A stretch of 63,271 nt of DNA, filler included, from Desulfonatronovibrionaceae bacterium (GTDB lineage: Bacteria > Desulfobacterota > Desulfovibrionia > Desulfovibrionales > Desulfonatronovibrionaceae): assembly GCA_046539845.1 (NCBI GenBank). It is 3 parts of 3 records of this genome, joined end to end, with 100 filler letters (N's around TTAATTAATTAA, not from the genome) between each part and the next. Parts side by side here need not be neighbours in the genome. Positions count along the whole stretch, not along the records: positions 1 to 29,357 come from JBKHGE010000028.1; positions 29,458 to 57,210 come from JBKHGE010000029.1; 1 more part is not named here. The stretch is one strand, 5' to 3'. Under the pieces are notes generated by a model. It had not been told where the DNA came from. It saw nothing but the letters and a program-made list of their open reading frames with translations, and made no database searches. This document shows, piece by piece, positions 26,913-37,217 of the stretch. Both the position numbers and the translations under genes were made by a program. Position 1 is the stretch's first letter; every line of letters begins with the position of its first letter.

Positions 26913-28945
26913 AGAAAAGAGACGGCTGTCTGGAGACCTGGTCCACGGAAAGGATCGCCCAGGCCATATTAAAGGCCCTAAATGCCAGCGGGATAAAGGA
27001 CCCGCTGCTCTCCACCCGGCTGGCCAAAAAAGTGGAAGGCAAGCTTTTTGGATACGATGTCCCGGAACAGGAACGGGTCCAGGACATGGTGGAGATGGTC
27101 CTTATGGAGTCCCGGCTTTTTGACGTGGCCAAGAAATATATCCTGTACCGGGAGAAGAGGCGGGAGTTCCGCAGCCAGAAACAGGCCTATCTGGACATCA
27201 CCGAGACCATTGACAGCTATATGAACAAGTCCGACTGGCGGGTGAACGAGAACGCCAATATGGGCCATTCCTTTCAGGGCCTTATGCTCCATCTGTCCGG
27301 ATCGGTGCAGGCCAAGTACACCCTGGAGAAGTATCCGGAGGAAGTCCGTCAGGCGCACAATCACGGCTATTTCCATATCCATGATCTCTCCTTCGGCCTG
27401 GCCGGGTACTGCGCCGGGTGGAGCCTGCGGGATCTGCTCTTGGAGGGGTTCAACCTGGAGGGGCGCTGTTCTTCCGGGCCGGCCAAGCATTTGTCCTCCG
27501 CCCTGGGCCAGATGGTCAATTTTCTGGGGACGCTGCAGAACGAATGGGCCGGGGCCCAGGCCTTTAATAACGTGGACACCTACCTGGCCCCGTTCGTCCG
27601 CTACGATTGCCTCTCCTATCCCCAGGTGCGCCAGGCCATCCAGAAATTCGTCTTTAACCTGAACACCACCTCCAGGTGGGGAGGGCAGAGCCCGTTCACC
27701 AACCTGACCTTTGATCTGGTCCCGCCCAAGCATATCGCAGGGGAAGGGGTCATTTACGGCGGCGAGATCACGGATGATTCCTACGGGGATTTCACCCCGG
27801 AGATGGAGATGATTAACAAGGCCTTCCTGGAGGTCATGGCCGAAGGCGATTACCACGGCCGTATTTTTTCCTTCCCCATCCCCACCTATAATATCACCAA
27901 AGATTTCCCTTGGGAGAGCGAGGTGGGAAGGCTCCTTTTGAAACTCACCTCCAAGTATGGGGTCCCCTATTTCCAGAATTTTATAAATTCGGATATATCC
28001 CCGGAGGATGTGCGCTCCATGTGCTGCCGTTTGCAGATGGATCTTCGGGAACTGAAGAAAAAGACAGGCGGTCTTTTTGGGGCCGGGGATCTGACCGGGT
28101 CTATAGGAGTGGTCACCCTGAATCTGCCCAAGCTGGCCTTTCTGGCCCAGGGGGAGGAGGATTTTCTGGATCTTATCACTGAATACGCCTCCCTGGCCAA
28201 GGACTCCCTGGAATACAAACGCAAGGTGATCGCCAACAATATGGAGATGGGGCTGTTTCCTTTTTCCAGCCGTTATCTGAAAAACGGCCTTCGCGGGCAT
28301 TTCAGCACCATCGGTCTTATCGGCGGGCACGAGGCCTGCTTGAATCTCCTGGGCAAGGGGATCGAGAGCGAGGCCGGCCTGCGGCTCATGCGTCGGGCCC
28401 TGGACCATTTGCGTAAGCTTACCATCGGGTTTCAGGAGGAGACCGGGAATCTGTATAACCTGGAGGCCACCCCGGCCGAAGGTACCTCCTACCGCCTGGC
28501 CAAGATAGATAAGTCCCTTTATTCCGGGATCGTGACCTCGGGTAACGGTGTGCCCTATTACACCAATTCCACCGCCCTGCCCGTGGGTATCTCCTCGGAT
28601 GTGTTCTATGCCCTGGAGCACCAAAAGGAGCTGCAGACCCTGTATACCGGAGGGACGGTGTTTCACACCTTTTTGGGCGAGGCAGTGGCCGACGAGGATG
28701 CCTTGCAGGCCTATCTGGTCAAGGCCATGAGCCGGACCAAACTGCCCTATCTGACTGTGACCCCGACGTTTTCCGTGTGCAAGGAGCACGGCTATCTGCG
28801 CGGGGAACATTTCTCCTGTCCGTACTGTGGCCAGGATGCAGAGGTGTATACCCGGGTGGTGGGCTATTACCGCCCGGTTTCCAGATGGAACAAGGGCAAG
28901 CAGGCCGAGTATCAGGACCGGCGGGTGTTTGAGGTGGCCGGGTAG
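26897..28945 (+). CDS. nrdD: Class III anaerobic ribonucleoside-triphosphate reductase with ATP cone
   Basis: IKKRDG ATP cone, SMCCRL, EATPAE, Zn motif CKEHG...CPYC and glycyl-radical RVVGYY. Confidence 0.97.
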   Translation: MPKQIKKRDGCLETWSTERIAQAILKALNASGIKDPLLSTRLAKKVEGKLFGYDVPEQERVQDMVEMVLMESRLFDVAKKYILYREKRREFRSQKQAYLDITETIDSYMNKSDWRVNENANMGHSFQGLMLHLSGSVQAKYTLEKYPEEVRQAHNHGYFHIHDLSFGLAGYCAGWSLRDLLLEGFNLEGRCSSGPAKHLSSALGQMVNFLGTLQNEWAGAQAFNNVDTYLAPFVRYDCLSYPQVRQAIQKFVFNLNTTSRWGGQSPFTNLTFDLVPPKHIAGEGVIYGGEITDDSYGDFTPEMEMINKAFLEVMAEGDYHGRIFSFPIPTYNITKDFPWESEVGRLLLKLTSKYGVPYFQNFINSDISPEDVRSMCCRLQMDLRELKKKTGGLFGAGDLTGSIGVVTLNLPKLAFLAQGEEDFLDLITEYASLAKDSLEYKRKVIANNMEMGLFPFSSRYLKNGLRGHFSTIGLIGGHEACLNLLGKGIESEAGLRLMRRALDHLRKLTIGFQEETGNLYNLEATPAEGTSYRLAKIDKSLYSGIVTSGNGVPYYTNSTALPVGISSDVFYALEHQKELQTLYTGGTVFHTFLGEAVADEDALQAYLVKAMSRTKLPYLTVTPTFSVCKEHGYLRGEHFSCPYCGQDAEVYTRVVGYYRPVSRWNKGKQAEYQDRRVFEVAG

Positions 28946-29081
28946 AGCGGCGGATCCCACGCCGGTTTTGGTCTCCAGTCTTTTTGCCCCATCCCGGGCA
29001 GTGCAGAGGAAGAAACGGATGTTAACTGTTTTGTTCGTTTGCTCCTTTTAGGATGCCGAACAAGGGAAAAGTGGAAGGGGC

Positions 29082-29357
29082 ATGTACATAAAATTCTGGG
29101 GGGCGCGGGGCTCGGTGCCGGTATCCGGCCCGGAGTTCGCCCGTTTCGGGGGGGGGATACCCCCTGCCTGGAGATCCGCGGGGCTGAACCCGATCCGGTT
29201 ATAGTGGACTGCGGCTCCGGGATGCGCCGGCTGGGAAACTACCTGCTCCAGGAGGGTCCGGCCAGGGTGCATTTGTTTTTGACCCACACCCATTGGGACC
29301 ACATCCTGGGTTTCCCCTTTTTCAAGCCTTTGTTCGAGTCGGATACAGAGATCTTGC
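29082..29357 (+). pseudogene. MBL-fold metallo-hydrolase, frameshifted at a G9 tract and cut by the gap
   Basis: MYIKFWGARGSVPVSGPEFARFGG, then a frame change at G-run 29148-29156 to DTPCLE...DCGSG...THTHWDHILG. Confidence 0.8.
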
Positions 29358-29457
29358 NNNNNNNNNNNNNNNNNNNNNNNNNNNNNNNNNNNNNNNNNNN
29401 NTTAATTAATTAANNNNNNNNNNNNNNNNNNNNNNNNNNNNNNNNNNNNNNNNNNNN
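29358..29457. other. Artificial contig spacer
   Basis: N-run with TTAATTAATTAA (stops in all six frames). Confidence 0.99.
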
Positions 29458-30841
29458 AAGTTTTCCTTGTAGCACATTTTTCACACTCACGATCACGCCC
29501 CAACAATTCAAAGCATTTCCTCCCCTTTACCTCTTCCGGGGTCATGTTCAAGAGATCGTAGCCCGCCTGATTATAGCGCTCGATACTGTGGTCAGGGTAC
29601 TGGATAGCCAAAACATCTGAAACGCCGTCGATTATGGCCGTAAGCAATCTCTCACTTTCCCTTAATTCCTGCTCTGCTCTTTTAATATTGCTAATATCCC
29701 GGACCCATTCCACGAAAAATTCAACATTTCCTTCCTGGTTCACGACGGGTATGATCCGCAGATCAACCCATGTGCCGTCAGGTAACATTCTTGTTTCTTC
29801 AATTGTCTCCCTGGTTTCCAAAGCTTTGACGGCCAGGCAATCTGGACATATCCAGTCATACCCCCTGTATGTTTTGTAACATTTGGTATTCAGGACCCTT
29901 TTTTCCGGCGGAACGGCTGCAAAGCCGTTCCAATTGCTGTAAAGGATATTCATATCCGGTTCATGAATGGAAACCATATCCGGAATAAGGGCCAGCATAT
30001 TTTGGAAGCGCTTTTCACTAATTTTTAACGCCTCTTCGGCCCGCTTGCGCTCGCTGATGTCGTGCATGGTAATAACAGCGCCGGTTATCCTGCCGGACTC
30101 ATCAGTCAGGGCCTGCCCACTACAAGAAAGGTGAAATATATCCCTGTGCCTGGGGACGACCGCAATCTCTGCATTTAAAACTTTCTCTCCTTGCAGGGCA
30201 CGGAACAGTGGGATGTCCTCCTTAGACAACGGCGTGATTCCATCCTCCTGATAAAGATTATAGTATTCAGCCCATTGGTTTGAAGGGATAGACTTTTCAG
30301 GCAGGCCGTGTAACTTTCGCGCCATTTCATTGAACCGGATAATCCGTCCTTCGGCGTTGCAGATTATGATTGCTTCTTCGATATTGTCGATCACGTCAGA
30401 CAGGTATGCACGTTCATTTTTGCTTTCCTGCTCGGCCTTTTTGCGCTCGGTGATGTCAGTGAGAAAACTCTGAAAATGGATGATATTACCGTTCTTGTCC
30501 CGTTCCACATTGACATTTAAGGATATCCAGAGTGTAGATCCATCCCGGCGAATGCCCCTGCATTCAAATTCAAGCACTTCATCGTTTTCTTTCAAAAGGC
30601 GTATGAGCTTTTTTCTGTCCGAAGGGTCGGCATACAGCTGAGTGGTAATGCTGTTTACAGACTCGATCAGGTCATCGGGTGAATCATAGCCAAACATCCT
30701 GGCCATGGCAGGGTTGGCGGATAAAAGCTGTCCTTCGGGATTGGTTTTAATTATGCCTATAGGGGCGTTTATGAAGAGTGACTTATCACTAGTAGAGGCG
30801 GAGGATTTATCGCCTTGTGCTGAGGAGCTGTTCTGGTCCAT
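29458..30841 (-). CDS. Multi-PAS sensor protein, C-terminus lost in the gap (island cargo)
   Basis: Four PAS/PAC repeats (ANPAMARMFGY...DITERK, DISERK, RDISNIK); SD GGAG; AT-richer than host genes. Confidence 0.88.
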
Positions 30842-30972
30842 AAAACTCCAAGCTGGATATAGCAATATTTCTAATTTAAGATATTTTTAAATACCAACGA
30901 AATAAATTTCTCGCAAGGAGGACTTGAAAAGGGGTGCTGGAAGAGGTCCATTTTTGGTTTGCACTACCCGGG

Positions 30973-32238
30973 TTATCTGCTCATTTCTCGGTAAGCAAAA
31001 GCATCGTCAGATGAACTCCTGATGGGTATTATTTTTGCCCCTTCCCTGAGACTATCCAGATAATCAGCCCACCACTGCATCATCTTACGACGCTCATCCA
31101 AATAAAGGGCTCGGTTATAAATGCCCCTGATGGAGTTTTTATCAACGTGGGCAAGCTGTAATTCGACCACAAGAGAGTCCCATAATCCGGATTCATGTAG
31201 CCTTGTGGAAGCCATGGTCCGGAAACCATGCGCGGTCATTTGATCCTTCGAAAAACCCATAGAGCGGATCGCCACATTGACGGTATTTTCGGACATTGGC
31301 CGTCCGTTCATCCGTTCCCCGGGAAATATAAAATTGCCTCTGCAATTATGTGTCAACGAATAAAGATCGTTCAAAACACCTAACACCTGCCGAGATAACG
31401 GGACCAGGTGATCGCGCTTCATTTTCATGCGCTCTGCCGGAATTTTCCAAAGAGCATCTTCAAAATCGATTTCGTCCCAGGTGGCCTTGCGAAGCTCGCC
31501 CGGGCGGACAAAAGTCAAGGCACTCACTTTCAGGCCACTATTTACAATCAAAGATCCTTGATAAGCGTCAATTGCTCGCATAAGCAGCTTTACATCTTCA
31601 GGTTCGGTCAAAGCTGCCATATGTTTCACTGGAGCACGCTTTAAGGCCCCTTTTATATCCATAGCCGGATTACGGTTAACCTTTCCCGCCGCGATGGCAT
31701 ATTGAAAAATATTTCCTGCAATCTGGGCGATTCGATGTGCAGTATCGCAAGCTCCACGTTTTTCTATCCGACGCAATTGTTCCAAGAGCAGAGGAGGCTC
31801 AATTTCTTTTACTGGGGTCTTTCCTATCCATGGCAGCAAATTAACTTCAAGCCGCCGCCAAGTGGTTGCCGCATAATTATTGGACCAAGTATCCTTTTTG
31901 GATAGCCACCACTCTATGGCCACATTCTCAAAAGTATTTTCAGAAACTGCTTGTTGCCTAGCTTGTTCTTCACGGAGCTGTTTTTTCTCCAGGGCCGGGT
32001 CAACCCCCTGGGCAATTTTATACTTTGCCTCATCTCGAAGTTCCCGGGCTTGTTTTAAGCTAACACCGGGGTAATGACCGAAGGTAAGAAGTTTTGACTT
32101 ACCGTCAAACTTAAAACGGAAACGCCACATCTTTGAACCGGAAGGCCGGACCTCCAAGAATAGACCGTTAGCATCATACTTTTTGAAAGGCTTTTCTTGG
32201 GGAGATAAATTTTTGATTTCCCTGTCCTTAAGAGCCAT
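30973..32238 (-). CDS. P4-like tyrosine integrase (IntA family, N-terminal arm-binding domain)
   Basis: DANGLFLEV...WRFRF...GHYP.VSL arm domain; catalytic VRPGE, MKMK, HGFR, LAH and IYNR intact. Confidence 0.95.
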   Translation of the reverse strand: MALKDREIKNLSPQEKPFKKYDANGLFLEVRPSGSKMWRFRFKFDGKSKLLTFGHYPGVSLKQARELRDEAKYKIAQGVDPALEKKQLREEQARQQAVSENTFENVAIEWWLSKKDTWSNNYAATTWRRLEVNLLPWIGKTPVKEIEPPLLLEQLRRIEKRGACDTAHRIAQIAGNIFQYAIAAGKVNRNPAMDIKGALKRAPVKHMAALTEPEDVKLLMRAIDAYQGSLIVNSGLKVSALTFVRPGELRKATWDEIDFEDALWKIPAERMKMKRDHLVPLSRQVLGVLNDLYSLTHNCRGNFIFPGERMNGRPMSENTVNVAIRSMGFSKDQMTAHGFRTMASTRLHESGLWDSLVVELQLAHVDKNSIRGIYNRALYLDERRKMMQWWADYLDSLREGAKIIPIRSSSDDAFAYREMSR

Positions 32239-32283
32239 TGCGATATCCTCCTAAGCTAGGCACAATCAGGGTTGGAGCAAAAC

Positions 32284-32348
32284 AAGTGGGGTAAATTTTT
32301 AAGATACGCTGGGGTACATGAGCCCTTACCCCACTTTTTACCCCACTT
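32284..32348. repeat. Clustered TGGGGTA motifs, putative integrase arm-type sites
   Basis: AAGTGGGGTAAA (32284), TGGGGTA (32310), and inverse copies TTACCCCACTT (32326) and TTTACCCCACTT (32337). Confidence 0.65.
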
Positions 32349-32468
32349 ATTTTCCGAATGTCAATAAATCCGGCTGGACCTCTTGGACAACCCAGGCCTT
32401 ATTTTTTGGCTCTATTCGGGAACTTTGGGAGATTTGATGGATTTGATAAATCAGGCTGGATTTAGAAA

Positions 32469-32545
32469 TGGTGGGCAATGCAGGATTCGAACCTGCGGCC
32501 TCCAGCTCCGGAGGCTGGCGCTCTATCCAACTGAGCTAATTGCCC
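32469..32545 (-). tRNA. tRNA-Arg (CCG)
   Basis: Reverse complement GGGCAATTAGCTCAGTTGGATAGAGCGCCAGCCTCCGGAGCTGGAGGCCGCAGGTTCGAATCCTGCATTGCCCACCA; 77 nt; anticodon CCG. Confidence 0.97.
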
Positions 32546-32616
32546 ACGGGAAACAATGGTAAATATTCGCCGCTCTCTTCCTTGTCAAGGAAAAACGAAT
32601 AGGCTATTTTCAAGGC

Positions 32617-33207
32617 ATGAACAAAAGAACAATTCTGGCCCTGACCGGGGCCAGCGGAATGGCCTATGCGCTCAGTCTCCTGGAAAACCTGACAACTCAC
32701 GACCGGGAAGTATATGTCATCATATCTGATGCCGCCCGCAAGGTACTAGAGCTGGAGGAAGGGGACTGCACCCTGCGGTTTAGTGCGGCGAAAAGGGTCT
32801 ATACGGAAAGGGACATTTCCGCGCCCTTTGCCAGCGGCTCCTGGAAACACGCAGGGATGGTGGTCTGCCCCTGCTCCATGGCCTCGCTTTCCGCCATAGC
32901 CAACGGCCTGGGCAGCAATTTGATTCATCGGGCCGCGGACGTAACCCTGAAGGAAAGACGGCCACTTATCCTTGTACCCCGGGAAACTCCCTTAAACCGC
33001 GTACACCTGAAAAACATGCTATCCGCGCATGACTGCGGTGCGTGCATTCTTCCGCCCTGCCCGGGTTTTTACACCCAGCCCCGCGATCTTGACGATCTCC
33101 TGCTGGTGTTTACTTCCAGGGTAATGGATCAACTGGGTATAGAAAACAACCTCTCCCGGCGCTGGGAGGGGGATGTATCCTCTCCCGCAGAGACCACAAC
33201 CGTATAA
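32617..33207 (+). CDS. ubiX: Flavin prenyltransferase UbiX
   Basis: TGASG, ASGS, PCSM, RAADVTLKERR and PRETP motifs. Confidence 0.95.
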   Translation: MNKRTILALTGASGMAYALSLLENLTTHDREVYVIISDAARKVLELEEGDCTLRFSAAKRVYTERDISAPFASGSWKHAGMVVCPCSMASLSAIANGLGSNLIHRAADVTLKERRPLILVPRETPLNRVHLKNMLSAHDCGACILPPCPGFYTQPRDLDDLLLVFTSRVMDQLGIENNLSRRWEGDVSSPAETTTV

Positions 33208-33228
33208 ACGCATAAAAGGAGGCCCGGC

Positions 33229-33927
33229 ATGTCGGCAAGACTCAAATGGCATGGACACGCCAATTTTGAGCTCATCACTCCGGAAGCAAACATCCTGATT
33301 GACCCCTGGTTTGACGGCAATCCGGCCGCGGACTGCTCTGCTTCGGATATAGACAAGGCGGATCTGGTGGCAATCACTCACGACCACGCGGATCATATCG
33401 GTCAGGCCGTGGATATTTGCAAAAATACAGGCGCCCACCTGGCCGCCCAGGTGGAATTGGCCGGATGGTGCCAGAAGCAGGGAGTGGCCCAGGAAAAGGT
33501 ATTAAACGGGATCGGGTTCAATATCGGGGGCACGGTGGAGTTCAAGGGCATAAAAATAACCATGACCCAGGCCTTTCACTCCTGTACCGCCGGCACTCCG
33601 GTGGGATTCATCTTCACTTTGGGAAACGGGCATTGCGTGTACCATGCCGGGGACACCTCAGTATTCTCCAGTATGAGGCTATGGGGAGAGTTGTTTGACA
33701 TCCACACCGCTATCCTGCCTACCGGCGGAGTCTTTACCATGGATTCGGCCCAAGCAGCCATGGCCTGCAGACTCTTGGGTTGCCGGCAGGTCGTGCCCAT
33801 GCACTGGGGTACTTTCCCAGCCTTGGAACAGGATACAAAAGACCTGGAACGCAATCTGAAGCAAAGCGCTCCCGGGACAAGGCTCATCACCATGTCCAGC
33901 GGGGAGAAGATAGAATTGGGGTCCTGA
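33229..33927 (+). CDS. UPF0173-like metal-dependent hydrolase (MBL fold)
   Basis: WHGHA, IDPW, THDHADH, YHAGDT and PMHWGTF motifs. Confidence 0.9.
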   Translation: MSARLKWHGHANFELITPEANILIDPWFDGNPAADCSASDIDKADLVAITHDHADHIGQAVDICKNTGAHLAAQVELAGWCQKQGVAQEKVLNGIGFNIGGTVEFKGIKITMTQAFHSCTAGTPVGFIFTLGNGHCVYHAGDTSVFSSMRLWGELFDIHTAILPTGGVFTMDSAQAAMACRLLGCRQVVPMHWGTFPALEQDTKDLERNLKQSAPGTRLITMSSGEKIELGS

Positions 33928-34134
33928 TTCCCACCTCAGGGCCCGGTGGCCCCGTCCGCTTTAGGCCCGACCAACTCGCAACCCGACGAAAAAAGACAAT
34001 AAAAAGAGACCAAAAAATCGAAATGTTGACATTTACTATGGATTTCCTCTGTCTGCTATTTTTTAATGCTTTTAACAAGCGGCCTGCATGTTTTTTTGAT
34101 CCGGGACTCAAATTTTAAATACTGTCGCCGGCGG

Positions 34135-34614
34135 TCAGGAAAAGCAGACCTCCACAGTGAGCTCGCCGTGCTCGCTGGAAAAGGGCATGGCCAGGATGGC
34201 CGAAGAGGACATATGCCGAATGGAGTGTTCTTTACCGGTCACCACCGAGGGAATGGCCCCCTCAAAATCCATATTCATCTTTTCGCTCAGGTTCTTGCGC
34301 GCCTGGCCGCAAATCATATTGGTAAGCTCACCTACGGCGTCGGCCACTTCCTGGCCCAATTCAGAATACCTTTCCCCGACCATGCTCTCCACTATCCCCA
34401 GGGCGCACTCTTCAGTAAGGGTCAAAGACATGGTCCCGCCGCTGTGATTTCTGGCGTTGGAAAATCCGATTACCCCGGATATGTCCCCGGTAGCAGTGTT
34501 GTCCTTTTTCACGTAAGGAGCGCTTGGCCGAACTTGAACCATGGCCATGGTACTCATCACAAACTGGACCGCCTCTGAAAACTGCTTGATTATGCCCTTT
34601 ATCTTTTCGTCCAT
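34135..34614 (-). CDS. cheX: Chemotaxis phosphatase CheX family
   Basis: GDISGVIG and DAVGELTNMICG (ExxN) motifs; SD GAGG. Confidence 0.9.
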   Translation of the reverse strand: MDEKIKGIIKQFSEAVQFVMSTMAMVQVRPSAPYVKKDNTATGDISGVIGFSNARNHSGGTMSLTLTEECALGIVESMVGERYSELGQEVADAVGELTNMICGQARKNLSEKMNMDFEGAIPSVVTGKEHSIRHMSSSAILAMPFSSEHGELTVEVCFS

Positions 34615-34764
34615 TTCCACCTCAGATCCGATTTTTCCGGGTTCGCCGCCAGCCTTAAGCCTGCAAATATATCCCCTCGAGTTGTAAAATGCGCAAAACC
34701 TGTATCTTATTTACCCGCAAATTTCCAACTCTTTTATCCCCTGTCCCCGCCGGATACGGCACTA

Positions 34765-35955
34765 CTACCCCTGACCTTCTTCCAATTTTTTTCTCTTTTC
34801 TTCCAGGATCTTTTGGGGCGGTATCAGGATCTGGATCGGCTGTTTCACTCCATAGGTCTCGTCCATGCGGCGCAATTTCTCGGCAATGGTCTCGGAAACC
34901 TCGTGCCCGGCGGTCAAAAGCTTGGCCCCGTTCAGGCTATAGACATCCTCCATTATGACCATAAACGGGACGATCTCGCTCAATTGCACGCTGCGCACCT
35001 GATATCTGTCCTCAGCCCTAAGGACCTCCACCAAAGCCTTGTATACCTGAGGATCATAGCGCTCCTTCTTGTCCGCCATCTTGAACAGAGCCTTTTTGCG
35101 GCTCAAACCCCGGTTGGTGTACAGATTAAAATCCAACACCAGTTTCAGGATCCGGGCGCCCAAGGGGATGTCCATCCCCTTGACCCGGTCCACGGGCAGC
35201 CCCCCGCCATTGAAATACTTTTCCTGATAGCTGATTATCCGGGCTACCTCTTGCATGCGCGGAATCTTACACAAAATATCCGCGGCTATAAACGGATGCT
35301 GATTATACAGCTGCATTTCCTCCGGTTCCAACTTCTCTCCGGATCCGACCTTTTTGAGCACCGATTCCGGCAGAGTAATGCATCCGATCTGGGAAAGCAT
35401 GGCCGCACTCTCGTAAAGCCAGATATCCATCTCTCCCATATGAATGGCCACGTCGCGGACAAACCTTTTTATCCGGGCCGCCCGGCCCATGGCCTCCTCA
35501 TTGGTCAGGCTCAAAATCTCCATAAGCACCTGGACCGTCCCGGTCAGGGTCTTTTCCAAGAGCTCCTTTTCGCCTTTTATGAGCCGGTACTGGGCAACAC
35601 CGTCCTCCAGGGCGCGGAGCATGTCTTCCTTGCCACAGGGCTTGGTCAGGAAACGAAAAATCCGGCCCCGGTTTATAGCCTCGATTGACACTTGCAGATC
35701 CCCGTGTCCGGTGAGCACGATGCGTACTGTGTCCGGAAAAAGCTCTCTGACCCGTTTCAAAAACTCGATCCCGCTCATCTCCGGCATCTTCATGTCCGCG
35801 ACCACTACCGCGTATGGCCCGGACTTATTAAGCTTCTGCAGGCCGGTAACCGGGCCGGGGGCGGTATCCACTTCAAACTCCCCCCGAAGCACGCGCTTAA
35901 AGGAGTCTAGGAGGTTGGTATCGTCGTCCACAAACAGGATTTTTTCCTTACGCAT
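34765..35955 (-). CDS. Response regulator with a degenerate HD-GYP-like output domain
   Basis: REC domain (VDDD, DMKMP, KP); HD replaced by SQ, HHE by YQE, GYP by GLP; IPLGARIL. Confidence 0.85.
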   Translation of the reverse strand: MRKEKILFVDDDTNLLDSFKRVLRGEFEVDTAPGPVTGLQKLNKSGPYAVVVADMKMPEMSGIEFLKRVRELFPDTVRIVLTGHGDLQVSIEAINRGRIFRFLTKPCGKEDMLRALEDGVAQYRLIKGEKELLEKTLTGTVQVLMEILSLTNEEAMGRAARIKRFVRDVAIHMGEMDIWLYESAAMLSQIGCITLPESVLKKVGSGEKLEPEEMQLYNQHPFIAADILCKIPRMQEVARIISYQEKYFNGGGLPVDRVKGMDIPLGARILKLVLDFNLYTNRGLSRKKALFKMADKKERYDPQVYKALVEVLRAEDRYQVRSVQLSEIVPFMVIMEDVYSLNGAKLLTAGHEVSETIAEKLRRMDETYGVKQPIQILIPPQKILEEKRKKLEEGQG

Positions 35956-37156
35956 GCATATCGTCCTCCAAAAGGGCCTGTTTCCACTCCGTCAGACACC
36001 CGGATTTGCCTATGGACTTCAAGTACTCCTCGCCGGGTTTTTCCAAAGCACCCACCAGATGCCTCCTGTTCTGGAAGAACTCCAGATAGTCCGCGATATG
36101 CAGGATGGCCAGGTTGTCCATCTCAAGCCTGTACGCAGCCAAGGGATTGTGGTGAAAGGCCACGGCATTGATCAGCTCTTCCGGCAGCCCCCATAGGTTG
36201 AGCAGGTAGGCGCCGGTCTCGGCATGGGAGACACCGAACACCTCGGTCTCGGCCGCATGCAGAGGAAGTCCTTCCAGGGATGCGATCTGCGCGGCCTGTT
36301 CGAATCTCTCCGGCATATTCTGGGCCAGAACCAGGATGCCGCAATCGTGGACCAGGCCGGTGAAAAAGGCGAGATCCCTGTCTTCCTTGGCCATATTCTC
36401 CCTGCCAGCCAGAGTTCTGGCCAATTCTCCCACATGCAGACAATGATCGACCACCGCCTGCATGGATACCCCGTTAATTTCCAGCTTGTGCATACGGTCA
36501 AAGATATGCACGCCCAGGACCAAAGCGCGGACAGTATCCAGGCCCAGGTACACGACCGCCTGCTCCAGACTGTCCACCCTGCGGACCAGACCGAAAAAAG
36601 CAGAATTTACCAGCTGCAGTATTTTAGTGGACATGCCTACGTCCCTGGAGATTATCCCCCCGATCTCCTCCGGGGTCGCAAACTCGGCACCCAGCCTCTG
36701 CACCAGCCGGAGATAGACATCCGGAAGGGCCGGAAGTGACTTTATCCTGGAGACAAGCTCCAGCAAAGGCCTGCTCTTCAATATACTGCTCAGGGCCAGG
36801 GAGCTCTCTATCACCCCGAACAACCGTTCCGGGGAAGTCGGCTTGACCAGGAATTGATGGGCAACCGGGACCGTGCTCAGGCTCATTTGCTTGTCCGAAT
36901 ACCCGGAGAGGATTATCCGTACCGTAGACGGACTGATCCGGCTTATCCTTTCCAGAAGCTCGGCCCCGTCCATCTCCGGCATACGCATGTCCGTGACCAC
37001 CACGTCAAAATGCTCCTGCTCTGCCACCTGTACAGCCTCGTGCGGGTCCTGAATAAAGCGCATCTCCCAAACATTGTGCATGGAGCGCAGCATCCGCTTC
37101 AGCCCAAAAAGGATATTGGACTCGTCATCGACAAACAATATCTTGGTTTTTTCCAT
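35948..37156 (-). CDS. REC-HDOD response regulator
   Basis: REC domain plus LPALP, KILQLVNSAFFG, GLVHDCG and WGLP...AVAFHH. Confidence 0.9.
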   Translation of the reverse strand: MEKTKILFVDDESNILFGLKRMLRSMHNVWEMRFIQDPHEAVQVAEQEHFDVVVTDMRMPEMDGAELLERISRISPSTVRIILSGYSDKQMSLSTVPVAHQFLVKPTSPERLFGVIESSLALSSILKSRPLLELVSRIKSLPALPDVYLRLVQRLGAEFATPEEIGGIISRDVGMSTKILQLVNSAFFGLVRRVDSLEQAVVYLGLDTVRALVLGVHIFDRMHKLEINGVSMQAVVDHCLHVGELARTLAGRENMAKEDRDLAFFTGLVHDCGILVLAQNMPERFEQAAQIASLEGLPLHAAETEVFGVSHAETGAYLLNLWGLPEELINAVAFHHNPLAAYRLEMDNLAILHIADYLEFFQNRRHLVGALEKPGEEYLKSIGKSGCLTEWKQALLEDDMHA

Positions 37157-37217
37157 CTCTTCCTCGATAAGTGTGCACAAAACAACCCTGAAAACAACTT
37201 CCCTGCCCCGAAAAAAA

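Larger units (their letters stand above)
29458..32490 (-). mobile_element. Genomic island integrated at the 3' end of tRNA-Arg (other boundary not in this contig)
   Basis: Integrase directly downstream of the tRNA 3' end; lower GC; arm-like repeats. Confidence 0.8.

Noticed and set aside
26978..28960. 660-aa antisense ORF over nrdD (similarly 48762-50612 over clpA and 16058-17221 over the VCBS gene)
   Set aside because: Shadow ORFs expected from high-GC codon bias opposite well-conserved genes; no motifs or RBS.
29402..29413. TTAATTAATTAA palindrome (also 57255-57266) and ORFs ending in ...XXLIN
   Set aside because: Artificial contig linker; ORFs and gene neighbourhoods spanning it are artefacts.
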